A stretch of 64,000 bases of DNA from Podarcis liolepis (Eukaryota), in assembly GCA_965112155.1 (NCBI GenBank), contig OZ218098.1; one strand, given 5' to 3'. The number at the start of each line of letters is the position of its first letter. Within the stretch, counting starts at the first letter, position 1. Positions 51,761 to 64,000 of this stretch are shown here, in pieces. Made by a program: the position numbers and the translations under genes. The notes under the pieces are model-generated. The model saw only the letters and a program-made list of their open reading frames with translations. It searched no databases and had not been told where the DNA came from.

Positions 51761-51831
51761 CCCTTACCACTAGATTACACAAACATCAGTGCCAAGTGTC
51801 TTTATCTCATTTTAACATAATCTGCAATCAA

Positions 51832-51980
51832 ATCATAGAATCATAGAATTCTAGAGTTAGAAGGGATCCCAAGGGTCATCAAATCCAAGCCCCTGAATGC
51901 AGGAATCTCAGCTAGCACCTCTCTGACAGATGGCCAACCAACCTCTGCTTACAAACCTCCAATAAAGAGTTCACCACCTT
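51832..51980 (-). mobile_element. CR1 LINE 3' end
   Basis: Reverse complement ends in (TTCTATGAT)n with the CR1 3' stem region. Similar tails at 28815-29132 (-) and 56890-56947 (+). Confidence 0.8.
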
Positions 51981-52341
51981 AAGAAGAAGAACTTAATGCA
52001 GCTTAAGAATTGAAAAGAAGGAGTAGTACAACAACCACGAGGTGTGTATGCTTCTGTCGTGGAGACAGGAACACTCAAGCCAGTCATTCTCATTTTTCTC
52101 ATGCAGTCACCATTGTGTGAGAACAGCAGGCCATGGCCCTGTAGCAAAAAGGCAACCCATGTTGGGGCTGATCTTCTAAAGTGGGGAGTCTTCTCTGCTC
52201 AAGTAGACCCCCTGTGTAATTTAGAACTCTGGAAGATCAGGATCCTAAACAGTGTGGACAGCCTACTCAAGTCCAGATGGCTTCCTGCTGCAGAAGCTCA
52301 GCCCCCAACATATGTGGACTGTCAAATGGCTTTTGCCTGCT

Positions 52342-52520
52342 TAGGAAGCTACCATACACAGAGTCAGACCAATAGTCCATCTAGGTCCGTATTGTTTACA
52401 CTGACTGGCAGTGGCTCTCCAGAGAACAGAAGTCTCTCCTAGTCCTATTTGGAGATACCAGGGATTGAACCTGGGACCTTCTGCATGTAAAGCAGATGGG
52501 CTACCACTGAGCTACAGCCT
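52342..52520 (-). mobile_element. Squam2-like SINE
   Basis: Colinear with 3744-3933 (GGGATTGAACCTGGGACCTTCTGCATG...CCACTGAGCTA). Confidence 0.8.
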
Positions 52521-52636
52521 TTTCCCTTCCCCAGCTTCTACTTAACAAGATGGTGCTTATGTTAGAATGATTGGACAGAGTTGCAGGGTTCAAAAGATTG
52601 GCAGAGGGGTGTTGAGTAACTGGTCTAACAAACAAC

Positions 52637-53078
52637 TGTCACAACCCAGAGTTCCAACTCTCCATCCTCAGAAGAGCACCATGAAGAGGATTTGTCCTCA
52701 GAAACAGCCTTTGATGTCCCTAATCAGAGGTAGGAAGCTTCTTAAAAGTCCTGTTTAAGGCTCATTATGATGGTTCTTGGAACAATATTCAAGCCTGCCT
52801 TATCTAGAGTCTACTTGAAACTATCCAAAGTGCTCCATGTTTTGGTACTTTGCCTTCTTAGACCATGGTCTCTGCTTTGGATTACTTGGCTCAGCAGGAG
52901 CTACCTTCTGCTTTGTTTGGCACACCTCACTGGAATCTGGATTCTACTTTGCCTGACCCTGCCCATCAGAATTCGACCTCAACATGTCTGACCTTGGCCT
53001 ACTAGAACCTAGCCTTTGCTGGACCTGACTTTCCTGAACTAGCAGTATGTGCCCTTGCATCCCAGGAATATGTGACTA
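52637..53078 (+). mobile_element. Possible old solo LTR (Gypsy-like)
   Basis: TGTCACA...TGTGAC termini and repeated TGACC motifs. No TSD. Confidence 0.3.
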
Positions 53079-53639
53079 GTACATGCCCTCACTTGGGCTT
53101 CCACCTGTCTTCCACCTGTGACCACTGCCTAGAACAGAATAATCACAAAGGCTTAATGATGGGGGAGAGAAGCTGTGCTCGTGTTCCCACTTTTAATTTG
53201 TTTAAAGAACAAGATGAGCATTCATGCAAGTCGCTGCTCAATTGGGAGGGCTCTAGCTTAAAAACATTTATTTTAAGGATGCATAGAATAGTCTCACACA
53301 CATATAAAGAACAAACAAGCAATTATAAATACAGAGGGGAGAGGAATTGTTTTGTTTGCCATTAGTGATAGCAAAAATGGTAGCCAGACTGAGTTCATGA
53401 TGGTCATACAACCATGTTCAATACCTATGATTTTACCATAAACTGGAAAATTACATTTGTACTAAAAGGAATTCTTGTTGCGATCTATCAGAAAGTGATA
53501 CAATGAATTTTCTATAGTTGATTTGACTTATTCAGAAATACAAAAGAAAATTAAAGAGAAAATATTCGAAACTGAGGACCAAGATATAGTAAACAACTTA
53601 AAATCTTCTCTGTGATTGGCAAATCTCAGTGAGTGGGGC

Positions 53640-53835
53640 CATAGGACTGATGAGTGTCTCTCTGATTATAGGCTGAGATATGCTTTTACATCTTTGCGAT
53701 TGCACTCCATGCCTAGTATGGTGTTCCATGAGAGAGTGAATAATATTACCTATGAAAATCAACAATGCATTTATAATTCAGGGGAAGTGGCAGACTTTGT
53801 ACATTATTTACTGTTTTGTAGTCAAGTTTAGAGGG
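53640..53835 (+). mobile_element. Degenerate RTE-X-like LINE ORF2 C-terminus (zinc-knuckle region)
   Basis: LRYAFTSLRLHSMPSMVFHERVNNITYENQQCIYNSGEVADFVHYLLFC resembles RxAFTxxR...PS.VLxGR...PYExRLCxCxxGxVExxxHxLLxC. Confidence 0.6.
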
Positions 53836-54331
53836 AAGCTTTCCACAAGAAGCTTCATCTGGCTATGGACAATCCTACTGGCATGCCAATTAGATTTTAC
53901 TAAAAAAGAAAAGGGGGGGGGGAGAACAAATATATATTATAGGGGCTATTACTAAATTTGCCCTTCCGGCAAATTGCTAATTGAATTTTTGTTGATTGTG
54001 CATATGTCCATCTTCTATTTTTTCTTTTAATGTTGTTTTTTAATTAATCAAACTATATTATGTAAGTGGTATGCATGCATAATTTTTTCATTCCCCCTGG
54101 ATGCTGCTGTTTTATGTTTATGTTATGCTAACATTGCAGTGGTCGTGGAGGTTAGTCTGTAAACTTTCTTGCTATTTGAAAGAGGGTTTTTTCTCCTTCT
54201 GGTGACCAATACTGCCATCGAGTGCTGGGAAATGTATTCTTCCTGCCATGCTAACAGAAGCGGGGTGTGGTGGGGTGAATCCTTACAATGCATGAATAAA
54301 AACTGGGGAATTATTACTCCTAAAAACACTG

Positions 54332-54441
54332 TGTTGATATCCAACTAAATTATACTCAGAGTAGACCTATTAAAATAAAAAAGACTTCTCCACTGATTTC
54401 AATAGGTCTACTTTGAGTATGACTAACATTGGGTATCACCC
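54332..54441. mobile_element. Palindromic MITE (Harbinger-like)
   Basis: 25-bp inverted arms at 54352-76 and 54396-420 (23/25) plus outer GATATCCAA/TTGGGTATC. Confidence 0.7.
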
Positions 54442-54581
54442 ATTATCTCTAAATCAGAAACAGGTTATCACAATAATGTCTCACTGAATCCAGTGGGACA
54501 AGTTAGTTGTAACTAATGGGATGCAGGAGGGTGACTAACTTTTCTTGGAATGCAGCCACTGCTTAGAAACGCTTCCTGGTC

Positions 54582-54736
54582 TAGGAACAGAGGAAGCTGC
54601 CTCTAGCTCTATCTAGCTCACTTTTGTCTTAACTGGCAATGGTTCTCAAGGGTTTCAGACAAGGATCTCTCCCAGCCCTACCTAGAAATGCTGGGGATTG
54701 AATCTGGGACCTTCTGTTCTATGACTGAACTATGGC
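54582..54736 (-). mobile_element. Squam2-like SINE (deleted/degraded)
   Basis: CCCAGCCCTACCTAGAAATGCTGGGGATTGAATCTGGGACCTTCTG block shared with the other copies. Confidence 0.7.
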
Positions 54737-56065
54737 GATTCTGTCTCTTGTCTTCCTCTTTAGGGTTTCTGCTGTTTTACCTATGTCAATATTCCCCCAC
54801 TAACTTTATTTTAATTGAATTGTTCACCTGTTCTCGAACCCATTCTTTTACTATAATTGATGTGTAACTTCCCTCTCCTCTCCATGTTATGTTCAACAAA
54901 CACTACTCATCTTTTTATTACTACATTTTAGCCATCTGGTAAAATCTGTCTGACATTTTACTTTCTTTACTATATGGGATGTACCATGATGTGATGCCAC
55001 ATATTACCTATACAAACTGTGAATACAGCAAGCCCACATTTTGTGCACATTTAACTTGTGTGCATTCAGCTTTACTTGTGTGTTTCTTTTCTTTTAAGGA
55101 GCAGAAAGGAGGCAGGGTTCCACAGAAAATGACTTTGGCAATCCCACCCACCATTGAAACCAATGGGTTGATGATACATGATTTTGGCTTCAGGAGAGAT
55201 CCCCAGAATGTAACCCCCATGTAAGCTGCTGGGTTATCGTATTCCAAGCATCTAATGTTAACAATGCAGACAGATTTATTTATTGTTAAAATTCATCTAG
55301 CATTCAGATTTTCAATTTTTTATTGGTTGGATGTTTTTGATCAGTCAATCAAGCTGACAAGTTGGGGGCGTATCATATGACCACAAAGACTCTTATTGCA
55401 ACAGGAATTCTTCCACACATTTAAATGTTGAGAATAACAGTGGATTCAGGCTATATTTAATTAAGTGCTGTTTTTAAGAACATGTTATTTATTTATTATT
55501 TCTGGTAACTTTGAAATATTTGTTTTCATTGGCAACTGCAACATATGAGATGAGGGCTGTTATCTACTGGCCCATGTGGAGTCACAGCACATGAACATTC
55601 ATTTTATACTCTGTTTAACAGTTTTATGTATACAGAACAGCTTACTGTCAACACATTATGTTGGCTTAAATATATAGTGACACTTCAAAATGCTCTTGGA
55701 ATGAATAAAAAATGTCCTGTCTGTTCCAATACACAATACTAATCATTTATTTTCATTTTATGCATCTCCGCCCCCCCAAACCCATGGTTGGTTCTGCCTC
55801 AGTTATTAATTTATTGTACTAGGTTGTGAAAAATTGCTTTCATGTTAACTGTTTTACACTTCTGGGCTTGACTACCTCATTTCAAAGGTGTAGGAAAGAG
55901 AATGTATCAGGAAGATGCAAAAGAAATGACACAAATAAAATGCACAATTGTGTAAAACAACTATGAGAATCCAAACAATGAAGTTAAAAATGGAGGCAGG
56001 AATTCTTGACTAGGGCAGCAATAGAAACTCTGAAAGCAAACCACAGAGGTTTGCAGCTTCCACAG

Positions 56066-56372
56066 CAGACTCTGCAAGTGTTCCTATTTTCCAGGGCTAG
56101 TCCCAGATTGATAGAAGCTGTCCCGGTTTCTGATTTGATCCCAGAATGTCCCGCTTTTCCTTAGGACATCCCTATTTTCATCAGAGAAATGTCAGAGGGT
56201 ATGCAATTATGTGACTCCCAAGCCAAGGAGATAGGTACATGTACGACCTTTAGAAGACACCTGAAGGCAGACCTGTATAGGGAAGTTTTTTAAACGTCTA
56301 ATGCTTTATTATGTTTTTATATATGTTGAAAGCCACCCAGAGTGGCTGGGGCAACCCAGTCAGATGGACAGG

Positions 56373-56418
<46 letters not shown>

Positions 56419-56461
56419 ACAGGATGTCCCTATTCTCATTGGAGAAATGTTGGAGGGTATG
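56066..56461. mobile_element. Composite hAT-like MITE containing an L2 3' end with a (TTA)n tail
   Basis: 40-bp imperfect direct repeats (56164-56203 and 56422-56461) ending GAGGGTATG bracket an L2-like tail (GAAAGCCACCCAGAGTGGCTGGGGCAACCCAG). Confidence 0.65.
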
Positions 56462-59400
56462 TCACAGGAGAGACAACTAAGGATATTATCCCTTTGGGCT
56501 CTCCCTTGGAGGAGTTTGGGGCAGGGAGCACTCTTGTATTCATTATAGATCCCCATCTCTGGGTGAGAGCCAGGGAAGGGAGGGAGGGGTGTGGTTGGGG
56601 CCTCCCCACATGAGAGGCAGGTTGGTTTCAGATACACATTCTTAAGTTGCTGTGGTTATCTGATGGCTTTAATGGGAGTCTATGGTGAGAAGCAAGGCTG
56701 AAGCTGCCTGTTGTCAACATAGGAGTGGCTCCCTGCTAGAATTAATGAGAGATGCACTTCATAGTATATGCTCAAGCTGTTAGGAACTGCATGCACTTTT
56801 AATTTTTGCTCTCCATGAAATGCTATGTGGGTCATATCACTGCTAATATTTGATTACATCTGATTCTGGTTTATGTATTTTAACTAACTGGGGGTTGGAC
56901 CAAATGATCCTTGTGTTCCCTTCTAACTCTACAATTCTATGATTCTGTGATATTTTAGTGCACTTGAACAATGAATTCAGGGAAGGTAGTTTTTGCTATA
57001 TAAAATGCATACTGAAACAAAATTAATTTAAAAATAAAACAAAACAGTTGATGCACAACTTAAGGGCAATTGAAGGTTTCAATGAGGTCAAAAAGTTGAG
57101 ATTGTATTACATGAATCAAGGGATTTCCTACCTGTACCAAGCAGGTGCATTGATTCCAAGACTTGAAACTGTAGCTTTTGGTATGGAACTGAACTTTGGT
57201 TTATAAGAGCCTTCTTAATGCATTAGTGCTTTATTCCGAGACTCCATTAAGCCATGAGCACCAAAGGTCAGGGATTCCCAGAAGGGAGTACTAATGCTTT
57301 TTAGATGTCTAGTTGTATTTAAATAATACCTGTGTCTGCATGTGCCCATCATTCTTTTTGTTGACACTGCCACACCATTCTGCATCCTCGCATCTACTAG
57401 CACGGGCATTCGCAGGTGGGGAATTAAATATAGCACTGGACTCTCCCCTCCTGTGGTTTCCAGCAATAGGTATTCAGAATATGGAATAATGTGGAGGAGG
57501 AACATAGCCATCATCGCTAGTAGCCACAATTGTTACAATGGTATGAACAGTTTGAATTACTCACCTTGATTAATAACTCAGTTCAATCCTTAATTTTGCT
57601 ATGGGCACATTCATTCTCAATAGCCTATCTGAAACACTGCACTAATCTCAAAAGAATGAAACTATGTGTCTTTCAATGTGTCTTTCATTTATGTAGGCCA
57701 CTTGGCTCAATGGTACAGATTCATATTTGCCTTGGCATCAGTCCTGAAATTAAGGTCGGAGTTGCTGTCCATTATCTAGCATACTCCACACCACAACAGA
57801 TGTCTTTGGAGTTGCAGACCTTTCCAAGTGGATATGTATGGCCTCAAGGGTGCATGGTACAAACAAGGGTGCTGCAATCAGATCCAAGTTCTGCTCCTCC
57901 CATCAGGTTCCCTATGCAGTACAAGGCAGCTGCCACTCTCAAAGCGCAGTATCTGGAGAGAATGCCCAGATGAAAAAACAACAAGTGGTGACCATTTTGT
58001 GTGAGGGTTCTGTTACCAGCCCCCATGTGTGTCAGCAGAGCATGTATAAGCACGCCCGGCCCCCTGTTCCACCCCCATTCTGGCCCTTTCTGGGTTCAGA
58101 AGGACCTGCACATCACTGCATGTACATCTAATGTGGTAGCGCTTTCAGGGACGAGAATTTACTCCATTCCAGTCATGGTCTTAGACTTCAATGGGCCTGT
58201 AAAACCGGAACAAAATATAACACTCAGTTCTTTGTGGCCTAGTAAGTGATAATGTAGGCCTGTTCACTTCCTTGTAGGCCAAGTTCCTCCTGCCTCACAT
58301 ACCCTATCTAACTTGTGGCCCGGTTCTCAAAGGGATCCTGCTCACCCTGAAGTTTGACATCCAGCACTGACAGCCACTTTTACTTTGCCTCCTTCAACCC
58401 AGCTCATTCCCAGCTTAAAGAAAATGGTAACACACATTCAAAATCTGACAGATGTTTGAAATGGTTAAAATTCAGCTTTTACCATTTTAAAATCTTGCAA
58501 ATTTTCTTTCTGGAACTCAATTTCGTATAATACTTGTACAAAATCTAACTCCAAACTCTCCAAGGTATTATTATATTAATGCAGCAATACTGAGTATCAG
58601 TTTGCTGAACTGAGTATTTATACTCTGCTCCTAAAATCCCTAAATCTAACAATATTTATAACTGGAAATAGGGAAGAAATTTTTGAGATAATTCTGCACA
58701 CCCCCCATGTACTTTTGTGCCTAAAGGTGGAACCACATGTTATGAGGAAAACATAGAAGACCTAAGTTCATGTTTCTTTAGTAAATCTAATGTGTGAGGG
58801 GAGCATCACTTACAAGAAGGAAGGACTTTTCTCTGTAAATGCCCCTTGACAGTTTTAAACGGATGCTTTCCCCAGTAGGGATATGAAACTGTGGGGAAGC
58901 TGAACTGAAGGTAAAGAAGCCAAGGGGTAGGGATTATGTATGGGAAAACTGGTGAGCACAGGGAGGGTGAAGCAACACATCTTTCTGCTGATCTCCCCTG
59001 CTAGGTGTCCTGCCTCTGTTTCTCCTATTATCTCGTGGAAATATACTTTTGCCAAAATAGCATCAGGATCTGCCCTAAGCAGCCTTTAATTGGATGTTCA
59101 ACTTCATCTTTGCAAATCTGAGTTTTCAAAAACCACAAGCTAGGCCAAATAACACGAATCTCTGTAATAAAACTACAATCTGATTCTCACTTTTTGTATT
59201 TGTAAAGAAGAATTCTTTTGACCTTTACTGAATAAAAAAAAGGAAAAGGACCCTGGGTTTATAATTCTCATTTTGGAAGTGTTAAATAGCGATACTAAAG
59301 TTCTATGCATAAATCAGAAGAATGGGGGACAACTGATTAAATAAGCCAAATAGGGAATGATATATAATACTGAAAAAGTAAGTAAATCTAGCCTTTATTT

Positions 59401-61569
59401 TTGCCTTTGGTAGAACATCCATAATAGAAATATAAATACAGCTGTTAAATGTAGAAGGGCAGAATAAGTTATCACTGACCTATTATTTACAGAGTTAACA
59501 CTCTGAAAACAATGTTCCTGTAATAAGCCCTGTGACTCTGAAAATGTTACACTCACATTTGCCCTTCAAATGGGTGGAGTGAAGTTGATGGAAAGGTGAT
59601 GGGATGGGATGCTTGTGATAATTCTATGGCAGGGATAGTGAGATCTTCTTGAAATTGCATGTATTTTCCTCTGGGGGAAAATAGGTTTAACTCTTGGTGG
59701 AATTAACTCAGGCCCTCTTTGCATATATGTTAAACCTCACAACACAAAATGTAAGAACCCAATGCAACAAAATGTGGCCAGGGCAGGAAATAGGGGGTAG
59801 ATTTCTATGCCAGCTGTTTTGGTTTCTTTCTAATGGTATGTCAAGGAAAAGAGGCGAGGTGGTAGAAGTAGTATAGTCGAGAACAGAAGTGAACAGGTTT
59901 AAAAGAGAGCTAGAACACGAACTGTGGCAGGCAGCTGGCATAAGGTCTTGAAGAGAGGGATCACAGCTGTGCTATTTATCCATCATCCCTAAGGCATTTT
60001 CTTCTATTTAGAAACCTGTAAGTCAAGAAGACTTGAAGGAGATGATGTAGCCAAAAAGAAATATTTGTTTTGCCCAACTTGTGACATATGCATAGTTCTG
60101 GAGAAATTGAACTGAATCAGAGAAACCATTAGCTCAGGAACAGCGCAAAGGCTTTGCATGAACAATGCCCCAGACTTGATCCCTACAATTTCCAGTTAAT
60201 GAACTTTAGATAAAAGAGACCTCTCTGTGACCCAGAAGTGTTGACTGACGTAACTGCCAGTACTGTGAACAATCCAACATTGATCTGATTCAGTATAAAT
60301 GGCATCTCCTACCTTTAGGAAACATTAAAGTAACTCTGAAAAATTCCCTAATGAGAAAAGAAAAGGAACTGATGCAAGCTAAACAATCTTCTAGGACTCA
60401 CTGAGAGTTTTTCATAATACTCAGTACTGCATGTCTCTCTTGTAAAGCAAATAAATAAATACATTAGCTCTCAACATACCGTGAGTATGTTTTGTCCCTA
60501 CATAATAGCAATCTGAATGCTGAATTACGTTTCATAACAAGTTACAAAGATAGGGTCTGTTTTGTAACAGATGACTTACATATTAATATAAAGATATGTT
60601 TTAAGGCATGATCCCTTCAAACTTCATAATCTGCTGATCCAATTTTAACACAGTTTCTGCATAGGCTGCGATAGAAGGGTTAAACAGGAGATCCCCATGA
60701 AAAAGTGAAGTAGCAAATTCTATCACAAATTGATTTGCATTAGTGCAAATCAGCAGACCTCAGTTTCTTACTTGTGTGGTAGTTTTCTTTCGGGAACACG
60801 TGTAATTAAATGGCAAGTCTCAGGTGCATTAAACTGGGCTCAAAGACCAACTCAGTCCACGTAACCTATCCTTTTAAAAGTCAGAAATGGTCAGTGTCTG
60901 AAGGGAGATAATACTTTAAAAACAGAAATGCCAGCTGGAAATAATGTCATTTATGATTTGAGTTGTGAGATCAAGTTATCAGATTAACGTTACGCGAGCT
61001 AGGGGAGGACGGGAAGCTTTCGGATTTTTCTGCTTATCTTTCCCAAATGCCAAAAAGTGGCCATCTTTATTTTTATATTTTATATCAAGGAAGAACTGTG
61101 CATAACAACACTGATCAAGAGAATTCTCTGTGCTGCAGATACCATCTTGATTGCTAGATACATGCAGTACACAAGACACCAACTGAGCCTGATTTATTCA
61201 TGGTATAAACCCAATTCTCCTTGCTTTGGACGCGAGTGGTAATATTCCAGGCCTTTGAATCTGTTTCACTGAGTTCCATTAATGAGAGAAACTTGGCGAG
61301 CCAAATCAAAGTCGTCCTCATTCGGTAGTATTCATCACAAAATAATGAAGAAATAATACTTTCCTCTTCTTGTCAGGAGAGGTTTGGGCACACAAATCTA
61401 AAAATGGTATGTAGGGTCCTACCTGACAGAGGACACTTCTTTGTTGAAGTGCTATCAGAAGGCAGCTCTCTATTTAAAGGGCTGTTCTGTACAAGTCTGA
61501 TTTACAAAAACAAGAACCATAAAAAGGGTGGAGAGCACAGTGCCCTATCAATTGGGTGTATGGGGTTTT

Positions 61570-61962
61570 AGGAGAGGGGTAGTACTTCTGGTGGAGGACA
61601 CATCATGTTCCTTCTGGGGTATTTTGTCCACTTCTGGTCTCCCACCCTGTACTCAGATCTCACCTGTGGCTCCTAGTAGCTGTCAGGTTGAGAGAGCAGC
61701 CACAACCTGGGAAACAGCTTCAACTGGCCAGCTAAACCAGGTGAAGGCAGCTGATGGGTCTCAAACTCACTGTGAGTTAGGGACTCTGCATACGAAAACA
61801 GGTCAGATTGAGTGGAAAAGACCAATAGTGGGTCCAATGGTCAAGAAGGCAGTTTCTGAACATGCTGTAAAGGGAAATGAGGGGCAGATAGGGCTCATCA
61901 ACCTGGGAAGGTAGCCCATCTAGGAGAAGGAAAACTCTGATCCTAAACTTCTGCTGCCTCGT
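61570..61962 (+). mobile_element. RTE/Vingi-type LINE 5' segment
   Basis: CTAGGAGAAGGAAAACTCTGATCCTAAAC and CTAAACCAGGTGA motifs, recalled from RTE-clade 5' UTRs. Confidence 0.45.
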
Positions 61963-62227
61963 GGCTATACTCATTTGTGAGAAAGGTTTTGGGAGACAGA
62001 TTGATACCAACAACATCCTGTGTGCTGTATTTCCTGCTCTTGTTGATGAAGCACAAATTGCCACCTCCTGGGACAAGGAAAATCTGTTTAAATTATGCTT
62101 GATTCCTTTTAAGGTAAATCCCAGACATGGTATCAATTACAGAAAGAACAGAAACCTTGCCAAGGGCTGGAACTGTAATGCCTGGTATGAATAGCTTCTG
62201 TATCTCTCAAGTCCTATAACTTCATTT

Positions 62228-62498
62228 GGGAGCCGGTGTGGTGTAGTGGTTAAGAGCGGTAGTCTCGTAATCTGGTGAACCGGGTTCGCACATGCAGCTG
62301 CTGGGTGACCCTGGGCTAGTCACACTTCTTTGAAGTCTCTCAGCCCCACTCACCTCACAGAGTGTTTGTTGTGGGGGAGGAAGGAAAAGGAGAATGTTAG
62401 CCGCTTTGAGACTCCTTAGGGTAGTGATAAAGCGGGATATCAAATCCAAACTCCTCCTCCTCCTCCTCCGCCTCTTCTTCTTCTTCTTCTTCTTCTTT
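62228..62498 (+). mobile_element. Squam3(B)-like SINE with (CCT)n(CTT)n tail
   Basis: tRNA head GGTGTGGTGTAGTGGTTAAGAGC...GGTTCG and L2-like 3' end GCCGCTTTGAGACTCC...AAAGCGGGATATCAAATCCAAACT. Short deletion after the B box relative to the recalled consensus. Confidence 0.85.
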
Positions 62499-62502
62499 TA
62501 CA

Positions 62503-62588
62503 GCACAATCCCTAACCACATCTACTCAGAAGCAAGTCCTACTGAATTCACTGGGGCTTACTCCGAAATAAATGGGGTTAGGATTGCA
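62503..62588. mobile_element. Palindromic MITE (CAATCC...GGATTG family)
   Basis: Imperfect hairpin centred on ACTGAATTCACTG with ends CAATCCCTAAC / GTTAGGATTG. Confidence 0.65.
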
Positions 62589-62714
62589 TCCTCAATCAGT
62601 GTATTCCGTAACACTTTAGAGTGACATTGAAGCCCAGTGGTCATGTGTTAAATCTATTTCTTGGAAGCACCATTTCAAACTGTCAGCAAGTGGACACTCA
62701 CACAACTAACAAAG

Positions 62715-62716
<2 letters not shown>

Positions 62717-62753
<37 letters not shown>
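62717..62753. repeat. (CA)n microsatellite
   Basis: Direct reading. Confidence 0.98.
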
Positions 62754-62756
<3 letters not shown>

Positions 62757-64000
62757 TTCACAGAAAACTAGCTAGTAGGGTATAATGGACAGCTGGGTTT
62801 GAAAAGGTTAACTTGTACTTCATATCTAACCTCCTGGCAGTCCCTCCCTCCCTCCCTCCCTTCTTTCCTTCCTGAGGAACAACAGTACACATTGCCATTG
62901 AAGGTTGACTTTTCTTTCATTCCTCCCTGAAGCATGTCATAGAATCACAGGCAGAAAATACACCAAGTCCTTTGCTGAGTGTCTACAGAGTTAGCCACCT
63001 ATGTTCTAACAGGAGGGTAGAGATAAGAGTCTCCCATGAAACCACTATTATTATGTGAAATTACAAACACATCTAAAAGAAATTGTCCCAAAACATAAGT
63101 CATTCTATTTTCTGTCAAAATACAATATTTATAAAGTATAAATGAAACTTACACCAATCCATATAGCCCAAACTTACATCAATGAGAATAATGCATATGA
63201 CAGAATACTATCTTGATATTTCATTTCATGCTCCAGTGATTTATAAATGAATTCCACTTTTTAATAAACTTGTCTGGCAAATGTCCTTTCTTAAATCTCT
63301 TATAATATGTAAGCATCATCAAAAATGCTACTGTTCAAACTCACTCATACCTACTTGATATTGAAAGGGATTCTTGGTGATTTCCATAATGATGCTATAA
63401 CTTGTCTTGTTATAGCCATTAAACTATTCACTAGTTCTAAATCCACTTGCAAGTTTTGAGCTTTCAAATATTCAAGAGCCACTGTTTTAGGATTTCAATA
63501 AATACAATACCTGGCCATACCTTTTATGATCATTTTATTATTTCCATAAAGAAGATAGAACCAAAATATAGCTTAATATCCAGTAGCCCGATATCCTTAT
63601 GCAATCTAAATAATCTAAATAATGCCTTTTGTTTTCTATTTTAGATACATTTTAAAATAACCTTTTGCTACAATTGTAAAGTGGCTAAGTCACATTTTTA
63701 ATATTAATATAAAAGCCAGAAATTATGCTACAATTGGACTGCATGTAACACAGAGGAATAAATGATCTTTCCTAGTTATGGTGAAAGCAACATAGTCCAT
63801 ACAGATATATATTCTCACCTCTTGCTTCACTACAGGAACCCTGGAGATATGTCCATCTGACCTCACTACTATAGTTAAGGGCTGTATAGCTAAGGAAAAT
63901 AAACTTTTAAGATTATCTGAAATTATACCATTAGCTATTAGGCAGGCTGGTCAGCCAATGGTAACTAACTCTGTTGAGATGGGGATACTAACGGGAGAGC

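Larger units (their letters stand above)
30233..64000 (-). other. TSPAN4: Large TSPAN4 intron (>33.7 kb, runs past the window end)
   Basis: A manual scan for the expected upstream 75-nt exon ending ...YTDK|GT found no match in this interval. Confidence 0.75.

Noticed and set aside
56317-56637. ORFs with poly-Ile on both strands
   Set aside because: Translation of the (TTA)n tail of the L2 fragment.
57565-57628. 64-nt minus-strand segment with CAG acceptor and GTGAGT donor as the missing TSPAN4 exon
   Set aside because: Wrong length, early in-frame stop and no similarity to TM3.

Overview
Vertebrate genomic DNA, almost certainly from a squamate and probably a lacertid lizard, judged from Sauria (POM-type) SINEs, a Squam3B-like SINE and typical squamate MITEs. 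The only confidently coding sequence is the 3' half of tetraspanin-4 (TSPAN4) on the minus strand. It has four GT-AG, phase-0 exons (30131-30232, 26248-26379, 24825-24908, 23943-24011) encoding EC2, TM4 and the C-terminal tail. The preceding exon was not found, so 30233-64000 appears to be part of a single intron of more than 33 kb. Positions 1-23.9 kb lie downstream of TSPAN4 and contain no recognisable exon of CHID1, its expected neighbour. The rest is SINEs, LINE fragments (CR1, L2, Rex1/Babar, RTE/RTE-X), hAT and Tc1/mariner MITEs, solo LTRs and microsatellites. The most notable observations are a Penelope-type insertion carrying a minimal hammerhead ribozyme in a TSPAN4 intron, a Sauria SINE with an about 100-bp flanking duplication and a nested Rex1/Babar tail, an OC1-like hAT MITE, and a CpG-rich MITE carrying NRF1/ETS motifs. 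Nearly all listed ORFs are spurious. I see no convincing new multi-gene system. Repeat family names come from recalled consensus sequences, not from a database search.
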